A stretch of 63,693 nt of DNA, the filler included. It is 4 parts of 4 records of this genome, joined end to end, with 100 filler letters (N's around TTAATTAATTAA, not from the genome) between each part and the next. Parts side by side here need not be neighbours in the genome. Positions count along the whole stretch, not along the records: positions 1 to 13,950 come from DRR723986_12873; positions 14,051 to 27,652 come from DRR723986_12877; 2 more parts are not named here. One strand, given 5' to 3'. Of the stretch, positions 10,026 through 19,397 are shown piece after piece. A program made the position numbers and the translations under genes. The notes below the pieces were generated by a model that worked only from the letters and a program-made list of their open reading frames with translations, was not told where the DNA came from and made no database searches. Position 1 is the first letter of the stretch. Each line of letters opens with the position of its first letter.

Positions 10026-10496
10026 ATGAATGATGAAACCCGAATAAACCGGGTTAACCGGTTTATCAGTACGCTCAACCAGGCAAGGGAACTGGGTCTG
10101 AACGCAACGGAGGCGGGTGAAGGCTATCTGGTTATGGAGCTGCCTTACAGCGACAAGATTATTGGCAACCCGGACACTGGAGTTATCCATGGTGGCGCTA
10201 TCACGACCCTGATGGACACCGCCTCCGGTTCGGTAATGATCTGTGGTCTGGATGAATTTGAGCTGTGTCCGACCCTGGATCTCAGAGTGGATTACATGCG
10301 CCCGGCGGAGCCCCGGAAGCCGGTGTACGCGAGGGCAGAGACCTACAAGATTACCCGTAACATCATCTTTACGCGCTGCGAGGCCTATCAGGAGGGGGGT
10401 GAAACCATCGCCAATTGCGTGGGCACCTTCATGCGCATTGGCAAAGAAGCCACGCCGAAATCCTATCGCGACCTGATCACCGGAGGTGAGGAATGA
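10026..10496 (+). CDS. PaaI-family hotdog thioesterase
   Basis: GNPDTGVIHGG and TLDLRVDYMRPA. Confidence 0.87.
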   Translation: MNDETRINRVNRFISTLNQARELGLNATEAGEGYLVMELPYSDKIIGNPDTGVIHGGAITTLMDTASGSVMICGLDEFELCPTLDLRVDYMRPAEPRKPVYARAETYKITRNIIFTRCEAYQEGGETIANCVGTFMRIGKEATPKSYRDLITGGEE

Positions 10497-10927
10497 CCGA
10501 CCCGGAAATTCTGCGCTACACCCAGGAAACCGGCGACTTCTCGCGCATGATGGAGAGTATCCCGTACGCCAGCTGGATTGGCCTGCAGTGCGACCGATTT
10601 GGTGATGACCTGATCTTCCGCCTGCCCGCAAAGGAAGAGAACCTGGGCAATCCGATCCTGCCCGCCATTCATGGCGGTGTGATTGGTGGTTTTATGGAAA
10701 TGTCTGCGGCTATTTATCTGATTATGTCCCAGGACACCTTCCGCATGCCCCGAATTGTCGATTTCTCCCTCGACTATCTTCGGGCCGGCCTGAACCGGGA
10801 AACGTACGCCGAGTGCCGGCTTACCCGCCAGGGTAACCGCGTGGCCAATGTGATGATCTCCGCCTGGCAGAAGTCTCGCTCCCAGCCCATCGCTACCGCC
10901 CGCGCTCACTTCCTGCTCGAAGACTGA
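10493..10927 (+). CDS. PaaI-family hotdog thioesterase
   Basis: GNPILPAIHGG and DFSLDYLR; ATGA overlap with the previous gene. Confidence 0.87.
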   Translation: MTDPEILRYTQETGDFSRMMESIPYASWIGLQCDRFGDDLIFRLPAKEENLGNPILPAIHGGVIGGFMEMSAAIYLIMSQDTFRMPRIVDFSLDYLRAGLNRETYAECRLTRQGNRVANVMISAWQKSRSQPIATARAHFLLED

Positions 10928-10946
10928 TTTTGGGTGCTCGCCGGGG

Positions 10947-10972
10947 TTGAAATACTCCGGCCAACCCCCACT
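10947..10972 (+). promoter_or_regulatory. sigma32 (RpoH) heat-shock promoter of htpG
   Basis: TTGAAA-N13-CCCCAC directly upstream of htpG matches the RpoH consensus TTGAAA...CCCCAT. Confidence 0.7.
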
Positions 10973-11028
10973 CTCTTGCTCATAAAACTGTTTCTTTATT
11001 TGTGACACAGCAGGAGACCAAACCAGCC

Positions 11029-12921
11029 ATGACGGTAGAAGCCAACAAAGAGACCCTGGGATTCCAGACTGAAGTGAAGCAACTGCTTCACCTGATGATC
11101 CACTCTCTGTACTCGAACAAAGAGATCTTCCTTCGTGAGCTTATCTCTAACGCCTCAGACGCCGAAGACAAACTGCGCTTCGCTGCCCTGAAAGACGACA
11201 AGCTGTTTGAAGGCGATTCGGATCTCAAGATTCGCCTGGATTACGATAAAGATGCCGGCACCATCACCATCGCCGACAACGGCATCGGTATGACCCGTGA
11301 CGATGTGATCGCCAACCTGGGCACCATCGCCAAGTCCGGCACCGCCGAGTTCCTCAAGCAACTGTCTGGCGACGAGAAAAAAGACAGCAAGCTGATCGGT
11401 CAGTTCGGTGTTGGTTTCTACTCCGCGTTCATCGTGGCGGACAAAGTGGAAGTGTTCACCCGCAAGGCGGGTGAGTCGGCCGACAATGGCGTGCACTGGG
11501 AATCCAAGGGTGATGGCGAGTTCACCATCGAGCCGGCGACACGTGAGCAGCGTGGTACCGAAATCGTGCTGCACCTGAAAGCCGAGGATAAAGAGTTTGC
11601 CGATGGCTGGAAACTGCGCAGCCTGGTGAAAAAGTATTCTGATCACATTTCGTTCCCGGTGGTGATGAAGTCCGAATCCGAGGAGGAGGACAAAAAGGGC
11701 GAAGAAGATACGGTAAACGATGCCACCGCCCTGTGGACATTGCCTCGTACTGAGATCAAAGACGAAGAGTACAAGGAGTTCTACAAACACATCGCCCACG
11801 ATTTTGAAGACCCGCTGACCTGGTCCCACAACAAGGTAGAAGGCAAGCTGGACTACACCAGCCTGCTGTACATCCCCAAGCGCGCGCCGTTCGACCTGTA
11901 CAACCGGGAAGCGCCCCGTGGCCTGAAACTGTACGTGCAGCGCGTCTTCATCATGGATGACGCCGAGCAGTTCCTGCCGCTGTACCTGCGGTTCGCCAAG
12001 GGTGTGATCGATTCCAACGATCTGTCCCTGAACGTATCGCGGGAAATCCTGCAGAACGACAGCACCGTGGAGAGCATCCGCACCGCCATGACCAAGCGGG
12101 TGCTGGACATGCTGTCCAAGCTGGCCAAGAAAGACGGCGATGAGTACCAGGGCTTCTGGGATGAGTTTGGCACCGTGCTGAAAGAAGGTCCGGCAGAGGA
12201 CTTCAGCAACCGCGAAAAAATTGCGGGACTGTTGCGCTTTGCCACCACCCATACCGGCGAAGCCACTCAGAACGTGTCTCTGGATGATTACATCAGCCGG
12301 ATGAAGGAAGGCCAGAACAAGATCTACTACATCACCGGCGACAACTTTGCCGCCGCCAAGAGCAGCCCGCACCTTGAAGTGTTCCGCAAGAAAGGGATCG
12401 AGGTACTCATCCTCTCTGACCGCATCGACGAATGGATGATGGGCTATCTGAGCGAATACGACGGCAAGCAGTTCCAGGACGTGGCCCGTGGTGATCTCGA
12501 CCTGGGTGAAGTGGAAACCGAGGAAGACAAGAAGCACCAGGAAGAAGCCGCCAAAGAGCACAAGGATCTGCTGGAGCGCATCAAGACCGCTCTGGAAGAC
12601 CAGGTGCAGGAAGTGCGGGTAACCAACCGCCTGACCGATTCACCGGCGTGCCTGGTGGTGGGTCAGTTCGATATGGGCGCCCAGATGAAGAAGATCATGG
12701 AAGCTGCCGGTCAGAAAGTGCCGGAGAGCAAGCCGATCTTTGAAATCAACGTGGATCATCCGCTGGTGCAGCGACTGGAAACCGAGCAGGGCGAACAGCG
12801 CTTCAAGGAGCTGTCTGCCGTTCTGTTCGACCAGGCCACCCTGGCCAGCGGTGAACAGTTGAAAGACCCGGGCGCCTACGTAAGCCGCCTGAACCGTCTG
12901 CTGCTTGAACTGGCCAACTGA
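11029..12921 (+). CDS. htpG: Molecular chaperone HtpG (Hsp90)
   Basis: [18 protein letters not shown] and [13 protein letters not shown] 11029 is preceded by AGGAG. Confidence 0.98.
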   Translation: MTVEANKETLGFQTEVKQLLHLMIHSLYSNKEIFLRELISNASDAEDKLRFAALKDDKLFEGDSDLKIRLDYDKDAGTITIADNGIGMTRDDVIANLGTIAKSGTAEFLKQLSGDEKKDSKLIGQFGVGFYSAFIVADKVEVFTRKAGESADNGVHWESKGDGEFTIEPATREQRGTEIVLHLKAEDKEFADGWKLRSLVKKYSDHISFPVVMKSESEEEDKKGEEDTVNDATALWTLPRTEIKDEEYKEFYKHIAHDFEDPLTWSHNKVEGKLDYTSLLYIPKRAPFDLYNREAPRGLKLYVQRVFIMDDAEQFLPLYLRFAKGVIDSNDLSLNVSREILQNDSTVESIRTAMTKRVLDMLSKLAKKDGDEYQGFWDEFGTVLKEGPAEDFSNREKIAGLLRFATTHTGEATQNVSLDDYISRMKEGQNKIYYITGDNFAAAKSSPHLEVFRKKGIEVLILSDRIDEWMMGYLSEYDGKQFQDVARGDLDLGEVETEEDKKHQEEAAKEHKDLLERIKTALEDQVQEVRVTNRLTDSPACLVVGQFDMGAQMKKIMEAAGQKVPESKPIFEINVDHPLVQRLETEQGEQRFKELSAVLFDQATLASGEQLKDPGAYVSRLNRLLLELAN

Positions 12922-12935
12922 GCCAGGCATCGCCA

Positions 12936-13154
12936 ATGCAGCAGATCATTGTGGACATCAGCATCAGCCCTGATGAGTGGATCAAGCTCTATCAGGGCGT
13001 GGCCACCGATGTTCACACCACGGCCCGGGACGGACGTTCTGTCCGCTTCCCGGCCCGTATCCTCTCCCGTTTTTTCCTCAACGACGGCGTACGTGGCAGC
13101 TTCCGCATCCTGTTTGACGACGCCGGCAAGTTCCTGTCCATCGAACGGTTATAG
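12936..13154 (+). CDS. DUF2835 family small protein
   Basis: 72 aa with YQG...DGRSVRFPA...F...GVRGSF; good start context after htpG. Confidence 0.75.
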   Translation: MQQIIVDISISPDEWIKLYQGVATDVHTTARDGRSVRFPARILSRFFLNDGVRGSFRILFDDAGKFLSIERL

Positions 13155-13205
13155 CCTTCTGACCTGACCGTTGCGGGTCAAACATAACCACCTGCCTGCC
13201 GGTCG

Positions 13206-13242
13206 ATAGTAAAAATCTTTCAAAAAAGTTTTTTTAATTAAT
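13206..13242 (+). promoter_or_regulatory. Possible OxyR site upstream of katG
   Basis: ATAG-N7-CTTT-N7-GTTT-N7-TAAT in an AT-rich patch partly matches ATAG-N7-CTAT-N7-ATAG-N7-CTAT. katG is a classical OxyR target. Confidence 0.4.
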
Positions 13243-13303
13243 TGTAGCTGGGCATGCTCCCCGGCGTATAGTGATCTTGTCGCTGATCACCCAGGAGTTG
13301 CCC

Positions 13304-13432
13304 ATGTCAGTGTTGTTCGATTACACGCAGTTAGCATGGAAAGAGACGTTTGCAATCCTTGCTGAGTACTACGGCGACTATGCCAGCGCCCAAAGCCTTG
13401 CTGATCATAATGACCAGCTATCCGGACGTTAG
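13304..13432 (+). CDS. Putative 42-aa small protein upstream of katG
   Basis: AGGAG 6 nt before the ATG; ORF MSVLFDYTQLAWKETFAILAEYYGDYASAQSLADHNDQLSGR; TATAGT -10-like element at 13267-13272. Confidence 0.45.
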   Translation: MSVLFDYTQLAWKETFAILAEYYGDYASAQSLADHNDQLSGR

Positions 13433-13524
13433 GGAAGTTTCAAGCAGGGGCGATCAGCTTGACCTATGTTAAATGATGCCCCTCAACAACATGTCCCCTG
13501 CCCAAGTGGTAAACACAGGAGTGA

Positions 13525-13950
<426 letters not shown>

Positions 13951-14050
13951 NNNNNNNNNNNNNNNNNNNNNNNNNNNNNNNNNNNNNNNNNNNNTTAATT
14001 AATTAANNNNNNNNNNNNNNNNNNNNNNNNNNNNNNNNNNNNNNNNNNNN
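13951..14050. other. Artificial contig spacer
   Basis: N44-TTAATTAATTAA-N44, with stops in all six frames. Confidence 0.97.
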
Positions 14051-14074
14051 GCTCTACCGCTGAGCTACGCCGGA
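14051..14074 (-). tRNA. tRNA 5' fragment, probably alphaproteobacterial tRNA-Asn
   Basis: Reverse complement is TCCGGCGTAGCTCAGCGGTAGAGC. The anticodon is lost in the gap. Confidence 0.72.
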
Positions 14075-14086
14075 ACGGTTCGCACG

Positions 14087-14115
14087 ATATAGCCCCATCA
14101 AATCCCTACGTCTAG
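14087..14115 (-). promoter_or_regulatory. Alphaproteobacterial RpoD-type promoter for the tRNA
   Basis: Minus strand CTAGAC-N17-CTATAT versus the consensus CTTGAC-N17-CTATAT. Confidence 0.55.
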
Positions 14116-14232
14116 AGCAAAAATGCAAAAAACGTAACTTATTGGAAGTAATCACTTTACCTGCATCTCGCTCCAAAAAGTGGCAGCTGCTATTGCCCAG
14201 CCTCCAGATCGAAAAAAAGATCAAGCTCATCG

Positions 14233-15909
14233 TTATTGCGAAGCGGAAATGCCTCTTTCGATGAGAGTGTCCAAATCAGGCGCTCCATAGAGGATACGGC
14301 GTGGTTTCAGTTGGTCATCCGTGGTTTGCGCGGTTGATCGCCCCAAAAACTGCGCAATTGTACCCGGCGCAAACACCATAACCCGCGGAGGTGGGATGTA
14401 GTCTTCTCGCCTGCTTTTGTAGGCAAGATTGGACCGCCCAAGGGCCGCATCCAGATCGTTCGCCAGCATATCTAGGTTTCCGAGGGACGTCTCGCCCTCT
14501 GGCTCCAACATCCACAGGTACCGTTCGGTCGTGCCCCCGTTTTCTAGGGTAACGCCTGCATCATTCAGCGTGACACCTCTCAACGCCATGACTTCGGACA
14601 GGGCCTGATCTATGTCAGCTTCGGTCGTCATTTCATGTACTGCTGACAGTTGCCCGCCGCGCCGACGTAGGAACGTTAGCCTAGGCGCGGAATTGTGCCA
14701 TCCCGTGATCCGAACAATGTCCCCGATATCATAGCGCATGAGCCCGTGATAATTGGTTGTGACAATTCGGTACTCTTTACCAACCTCTACCTCGTGTGAA
14801 AGAACCGTTTCCGGGTTTGCAGTTTGCCATTGCTCCTGCGGGACGAATTCAAAAAATCCGGTGTTTACAGCCAGCGTTGCTGACCCATCATTCAAAGCCG
14901 TGTGAACCCCAAAAATCGCTTCTGTAGACGAATACAACCCTCCAAAGATCGGCAGCGCACCAAACGCGTCGGCGATCCTGGGCAAATAGGGATCAGTGGC
15001 CGCCCCACTCGAGGTGAACAAAGCGGACAGCCCCGGCCAGATATCCAAGGGTTTCAGGTCCTGTTTGGCCACAAGGATGCGTTCCAAGGTATCGGCGCGG
15101 GTCGGATTAGGCGGCAACATGCGGCTCAGACGCGTACGGGTTTCGCCATCCAGATCGATGCAGTCAGGAATTCCACCTTTGCGTAGCATAGCGATCAACA
15201 AGGGCGCGTCTTGGGCCAATTGCCCGGCAATTTGCAGCAGGAACGGCGGGAAATTCCCCGAGATAAACCGCAAATCTGGGTCCCGCATTGCAAAAAGAAA
15301 GCTCATGATGTGGCGTTGGCGGACATTTGGAATTGTCATGACATCAAAAGGATAAGGCGTCACGATCCGCGCCGAGTATTTGCTGCGATTTAGGCTGTGT
15401 GAACAGGCGCTGGTGTATCCATATGGAACACCGCCTTCGGTATGCCCCATCATGGCAGCGCTGCTTGTGACCATCAGCCGCCCATTCGGAAGGCCCTCTT
15501 TCCGCAACGCCCGCACCAAGTGTCCCGCTGAAGCAAGTCGTGCCTTTTGTCGTATGGCGTGTGATTTTCGGGTGATCGGGATCAGTTTCCGTTTTCCAGT
15601 TGTTCCGCTGCTTGAGGCCAAACACAAAACGGGTTGGGGTGACGTGATCACCTTTTCTCCCCTGGCAATCCGCTCCGCAAATGGGGCAAAGCCGTCATAA
15701 ATCTGCAGCGGCACCTGTTTGCGAAAAGAAACTGCATCCATCTGTTCATTAAGACCTAGGGCGCGCCCCAAGGCCGAAGGTGCAGTATAGTCCAAAATTT
15801 CCTGCAAAGTTCTTGTCTGGGCCTGACGACAGTCATGAGTGCTCTTTTCAAACTGTGCTGCTTGATAGAGCGCCGCCTGTGTCAGTAGGAATCGAATGGG
15901 TATAGACAT
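14233..15909 (-). CDS. GH3 (auxin-responsive) family acyl-adenylate/amide ligase
   Basis: The three GH3/ANL motifs SSSGTTGKRKLIP, YSSTE and MRYDIGD; also FRKQVPLQIY and GFFEFVP. Confidence 0.88.
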   Translation of the reverse strand: MSIPIRFLLTQAALYQAAQFEKSTHDCRQAQTRTLQEILDYTAPSALGRALGLNEQMDAVSFRKQVPLQIYDGFAPFAERIARGEKVITSPQPVLCLASSSGTTGKRKLIPITRKSHAIRQKARLASAGHLVRALRKEGLPNGRLMVTSSAAMMGHTEGGVPYGYTSACSHSLNRSKYSARIVTPYPFDVMTIPNVRQRHIMSFLFAMRDPDLRFISGNFPPFLLQIAGQLAQDAPLLIAMLRKGGIPDCIDLDGETRTRLSRMLPPNPTRADTLERILVAKQDLKPLDIWPGLSALFTSSGAATDPYLPRIADAFGALPIFGGLYSSTEAIFGVHTALNDGSATLAVNTGFFEFVPQEQWQTANPETVLSHEVEVGKEYRIVTTNYHGLMRYDIGDIVRITGWHNSAPRLTFLRRRGGQLSAVHEMTTEADIDQALSEVMALRGVTLNDAGVTLENGGTTERYLWMLEPEGETSLGNLDMLANDLDAALGRSNLAYKSRREDYIPPPRVMVFAPGTIAQFLGRSTAQTTDDQLKPRRILYGAPDLDTLIERGISASQ

Positions 15910-15979
15910 ACTTGATTGTGCTCTTTTGACGTGGTGGCCCCTTGTGATTCAAGAGCCATCAGTTTGAAAAGAAATGAAC

Positions 15980-17059
15980 CTAAGGGGTAACTCTTCCCAT
16001 CCATCCCATAAAAATAGCCCATCCCAGAGCACCTGCAATCCGGATAAGGTGGTGCAGCGCGACCAATACCGGACTTAATCCAAGGCTCAGAGCGATCAGG
16101 CTCAGCTCTGCCACACCACCTGGCGCGAAACACAGAACCAATGCCTCAAAGCCTGCCGAGCTATAGGGGTTCACCCACCATGCCGCGAGGAAGGCCAGAG
16201 GTAAAGTCACTCCCAACACACACAACCCGCTTGTGAATCCCCTGAGCAATGCGCTGAGTGAGGTCCCCGCGTAACGCACGCCAAGACTGATGCCGACAAC
16301 AACCTGCGCCCCAGCAATCAACCACGCGGGTGGATCTATCTGAATAGGGCCGAAAAGGCTAAGCACCGCCCCAACAGCCACTGGCCCAAGAAGGTGCGCA
16401 GCTGGCAGACGCAAAAATCGCGCAGCGCTCATCCCCCCAGTTGCAATCCCGATCAACATCAGGACATCAAACACTTTAAACGTTTCAGGGGATTCATTCA
16501 TCGACCGGGAAACGCGGATGGTTTCCCCAGACATAAAAGACAAGATGAGCGGCACGGTTATGACAACCAATAGGATCCGAACGAGATGTTGCAGGCTTAT
16601 GCGCGCCGCATCTCCACCAGCTTGTTCCCCCAGAACCGAGGCTTCGATCAAACCGCCCGGTAAGCTGGCATAGAAAGCTGTGGGGCGATCATACCGCGCC
16701 AAAGTACGAAGGACTGCGTACCCTGCCCCATGCATGACCAACATAAGCGGAACCACCAACATTAAAGAGAACGAGAGACCATTCATGTCTATCGCTTCGG
16801 CTTGAGAAAACTGGGCACCAATCATGGCGCCCAATAGCGATACGCCGATCTTACGAAAAGCCACGGGAAAGGATGGCGTCACCCCCCAAGTCGCAGAAAC
16901 CACGATCGAATAGGTCGCGACAGCAAGCAAGCTCCCTAATAAATAGGGCAAGGGACCATCCAACCAGATCATGCTAACACTGCCCAAAGCCGCCACGGCA
17001 AGACACACCAGCATGCTGCCTGCATTGGGTAGGGTTTTCAAATCAAAGCGCAAATTCAA
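15980..17059 (-). CDS. AbrB-family (AidB regulator / putative ammonia monooxygenase) membrane protein
   Basis: Duplicated hydrophobic halves with PLPYLLG/PAAHLLG, PGGLIE/PGGVAE and HLVR/HLIR. Confidence 0.85.
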   Translation of the reverse strand: MNLRFDLKTLPNAGSMLVCLAVAALGSVSMIWLDGPLPYLLGSLLAVATYSIVVSATWGVTPSFPVAFRKIGVSLLGAMIGAQFSQAEAIDMNGLSFSLMLVVPLMLVMHGAGYAVLRTLARYDRPTAFYASLPGGLIEASVLGEQAGGDAARISLQHLVRILLVVITVPLILSFMSGETIRVSRSMNESPETFKVFDVLMLIGIATGGMSAARFLRLPAAHLLGPVAVGAVLSLFGPIQIDPPAWLIAGAQVVVGISLGVRYAGTSLSALLRGFTSGLCVLGVTLPLAFLAAWWVNPYSSAGFEALVLCFAPGGVAELSLIALSLGLSPVLVALHHLIRIAGALGWAIFMGWMGRVTP

Positions 17060-17288
17060 GACGGTCCATTTCTAAAGATCACTCGAAAAACGTGGTTGGC
17101 TTCGCTGTCTCCGACCCTGCCTATCTTATCCATTTTGGTCGATCACTGAAAACGCCACCAATCAGAAACGTGGTTCAGTTTGCATACAAATGCAAACACA
17201 TCTCTGGCTTCGGCGCTGGCGCTTGCAACAATTCCCACCAACATCGAAAAATGTGATATGGCTTCGAAAACAAAGGTAAAATGCGAAC

Positions 17289-18152
17289 GTGCCGCCCATT
17301 TTCATCTTATCCAGCCCCAGATCATATTCGTCCTTGTTTGGCACAATGCTGGGTGAACATCCTGATCTCTTCGGTTTTCCCGAAATGCGCCTTTTCGCGG
17401 CCGAAACGGTGGGTCAGCTTCAACGCAGGTCACGTTTGTACCGGATTTTTACGCTGGACGGGATACACCGCACCCTTGCGCTGTTGGAATTTGGCGGACA
17501 ATCAGCTGATCAGGTTCAAGAAGCCATCGCATGGCTAAACTGCCGGCGAGAATGGACAACGGCCTACCTTTGGGCACACCTTGGGGAACGGGTTGCGCCG
17601 CGGACCTTGCTGGCCAAAGAGCCCATTCTAACAGCACATCCAAATTTCCTGCGTCGCACCGACCGTATTTGCCCGAATGCCAAATATATTCACCTCATCC
17701 GGGACCCGCGCGATGTGCGCCTCTCTATTCAAGAATCGTTTCAAGGCATTCACCAAAGGTTCGGTATCCCTTTGCATTGGATCGTAAAAGACGAGGCCAT
17801 CTGGACCTATTGCAACAAGCGGATCGTAGACTTCTTGCACACGATCCCTCAGGATCGAAAAGTCACGGTCAGAGGCGAAGACCTGATGACCCGACCCGAA
17901 ACCTTATTTGGCGATCTAACAACGCAGCTTAACCTGCCCTTTGACGCTGACATTTTTGAGCAAATTCTGCACCCGGAAAACGGGCCGTTTGCCCATGTCG
18001 GCCCCGCTAACGCACCGTTGGGAAATGACGCGAAATTTTTACAAAACCCGATACTACGCCAACGTTCCGAGAGTTCTAGAGCACCCACAGACGGGTTTAG
18101 CCGCTCGTCTCAGGCCTTGGCAACAAAGCTGGGGTACCAAATAAACACGTAA
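17289..18152 (+). CDS. PAPS-dependent sulfotransferase
   Basis: 5'-PSB-like SPRSYSS...LGEHP, KEP, and 3'-PB HLIRDPRDVRLS; GTG start. Confidence 0.8.
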   Translation: MPPIFILSSPRSYSSLFGTMLGEHPDLFGFPEMRLFAAETVGQLQRRSRLYRIFTLDGIHRTLALLEFGGQSADQVQEAIAWLNCRREWTTAYLWAHLGERVAPRTLLAKEPILTAHPNFLRRTDRICPNAKYIHLIRDPRDVRLSIQESFQGIHQRFGIPLHWIVKDEAIWTYCNKRIVDFLHTIPQDRKVTVRGEDLMTRPETLFGDLTTQLNLPFDADIFEQILHPENGPFAHVGPANAPLGNDAKFLQNPILRQRSESSRAPTDGFSRSSQALATKLGYQINT

Positions 18153-18190
18153 GCGGGGTTTACAGAGGGTGCCCGATACCCCCCTAATAG

Positions 18191-19390
18191 ATGAAACTTC
18201 AACGCAAGACGGTATTGATGTTCAGAAAAACATGGATTTCTTGGCTTCAACTGCGCCACCAAAAGGCGCAAACTGTTTCCGCCGCTTTGGGCATCACTTT
18301 CATCACTGTTCTCTTGTTCATGCAGATTGGGTTTCGCTCCTCCTTCCTGAACACCTTGCTGGATCTTCCAGCCAGCTTTAACGCTGATGCCGTCATGTTG
18401 AACTCATCTGCTGTTACGGTACTCCGCACCCCCACATTTTCGGAACTGCGCCTCAATCAAACTCTGGCTTTTGAAGAGGTCACACGCGTCGCTCCAATTT
18501 ACTGGTCCAGCGTGTTGATGCGCGACCCTGAAGGGGGTGAAAAATATCTGCGAAAGGTACAAGCCATTGGTTTGCCGCTGACTTGGGATGTCATGTTGCT
18601 GGACAGCGTTTATGGGCAATACAACAAGCTCAAAATAAAGCGAAATGTGCTGATCGACCAACGATCCAAAAAGTCGTTTTCGCAGATCATCGACTCTGTA
18701 AAGTCTGGCGAAGATTATAGCATCGAAGTGCGCGGTGGTCGCCATCAAGCGCGCATTCGAGTGACTGGTCTGTTCGATGTTGGCGTTAACCAATCCGCGA
18801 ACTCACACATCATAACCAGCGACGAAACTTTTATGGAAGTGTTTAACCGACCGCGTTCTAAAATCAATCTGGGACTGATCCAACTGCACCCCGGATCAGA
18901 TGCAACGCTGGTTGCCGAGAAAATGAACGCATATCTCCCTGAAGATGTGAAAGTTGTAGCTCTGCCTGACTTGTTAAATCAGGAGCGAGATTTTTATGAG
19001 TTTCAAACGCCAATCGGGATCATTTTCCGATTTGGTCTAGGCGGGGCTGTCGCCGTTGGGATCGTCATTCTTTATCAGATCCTGTTTCAGCTGATCTCTA
19101 AATACATCCGTGACTTTGCAACGCTTAAGGCCATTGGGTTCAGCAACGGACAACTGCGCCGGATCGTTCTTGGGTCCGCATTGATGCTGGCTGTGCTTGG
19201 GTTTCTACCTGGCCTCGGGCTCAGTTTTCTCATGTATGATGTCATTGCCAAAGCTACCGCTCTGCGGTTCGAAATGACGTGGGAGGTCGCCGTTATCGTC
19301 TTTGGGGCCATCGCTTTTATTTGCGTAATCTCGGCTCTGTTGGCTATTCGCAAACTCAACGACGCCGATCCAGCGGATCTTTTTGGGTAG
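18191..19390 (+). CDS. devC: ABC transporter permease, DevC family
   Basis: SWLQL...ALGITFITVLLFMQIGF, VGIVILYQIL...FATLKAIG and C-terminal KLNDADPADLF. Confidence 0.85.
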   Translation: MKLQRKTVLMFRKTWISWLQLRHQKAQTVSAALGITFITVLLFMQIGFRSSFLNTLLDLPASFNADAVMLNSSAVTVLRTPTFSELRLNQTLAFEEVTRVAPIYWSSVLMRDPEGGEKYLRKVQAIGLPLTWDVMLLDSVYGQYNKLKIKRNVLIDQRSKKSFSQIIDSVKSGEDYSIEVRGGRHQARIRVTGLFDVGVNQSANSHIITSDETFMEVFNRPRSKINLGLIQLHPGSDATLVAEKMNAYLPEDVKVVALPDLLNQERDFYEFQTPIGIIFRFGLGGAVAVGIVILYQILFQLISKYIRDFATLKAIGFSNGQLRRIVLGSALMLAVLGFLPGLGLSFLMYDVIAKATALRFEMTWEVAVIVFGAIAFICVISALLAIRKLNDADPADLFG

Positions 19391-19397
19391 TCCAAAC

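Noticed and set aside
11155-12561. 468-aa ORF antisense to htpG (also 3871-4926, 34187-35581 and 36104-36970 antisense to ybbP, typA and glnA)
   Set aside because: Shadow ORFs produced by GC-rich codon bias on the strand opposite well-conserved genes; no recognisable motifs.
13995-14006. Recurrent palindrome TTAATTAATTAA (also 27697-27708 and 37032-37043)
   Set aside because: Synthetic six-frame-stop linker inside N runs. The copy at 39351-39362 has no flanking Ns and is best explained by AT-rich intergenic DNA.
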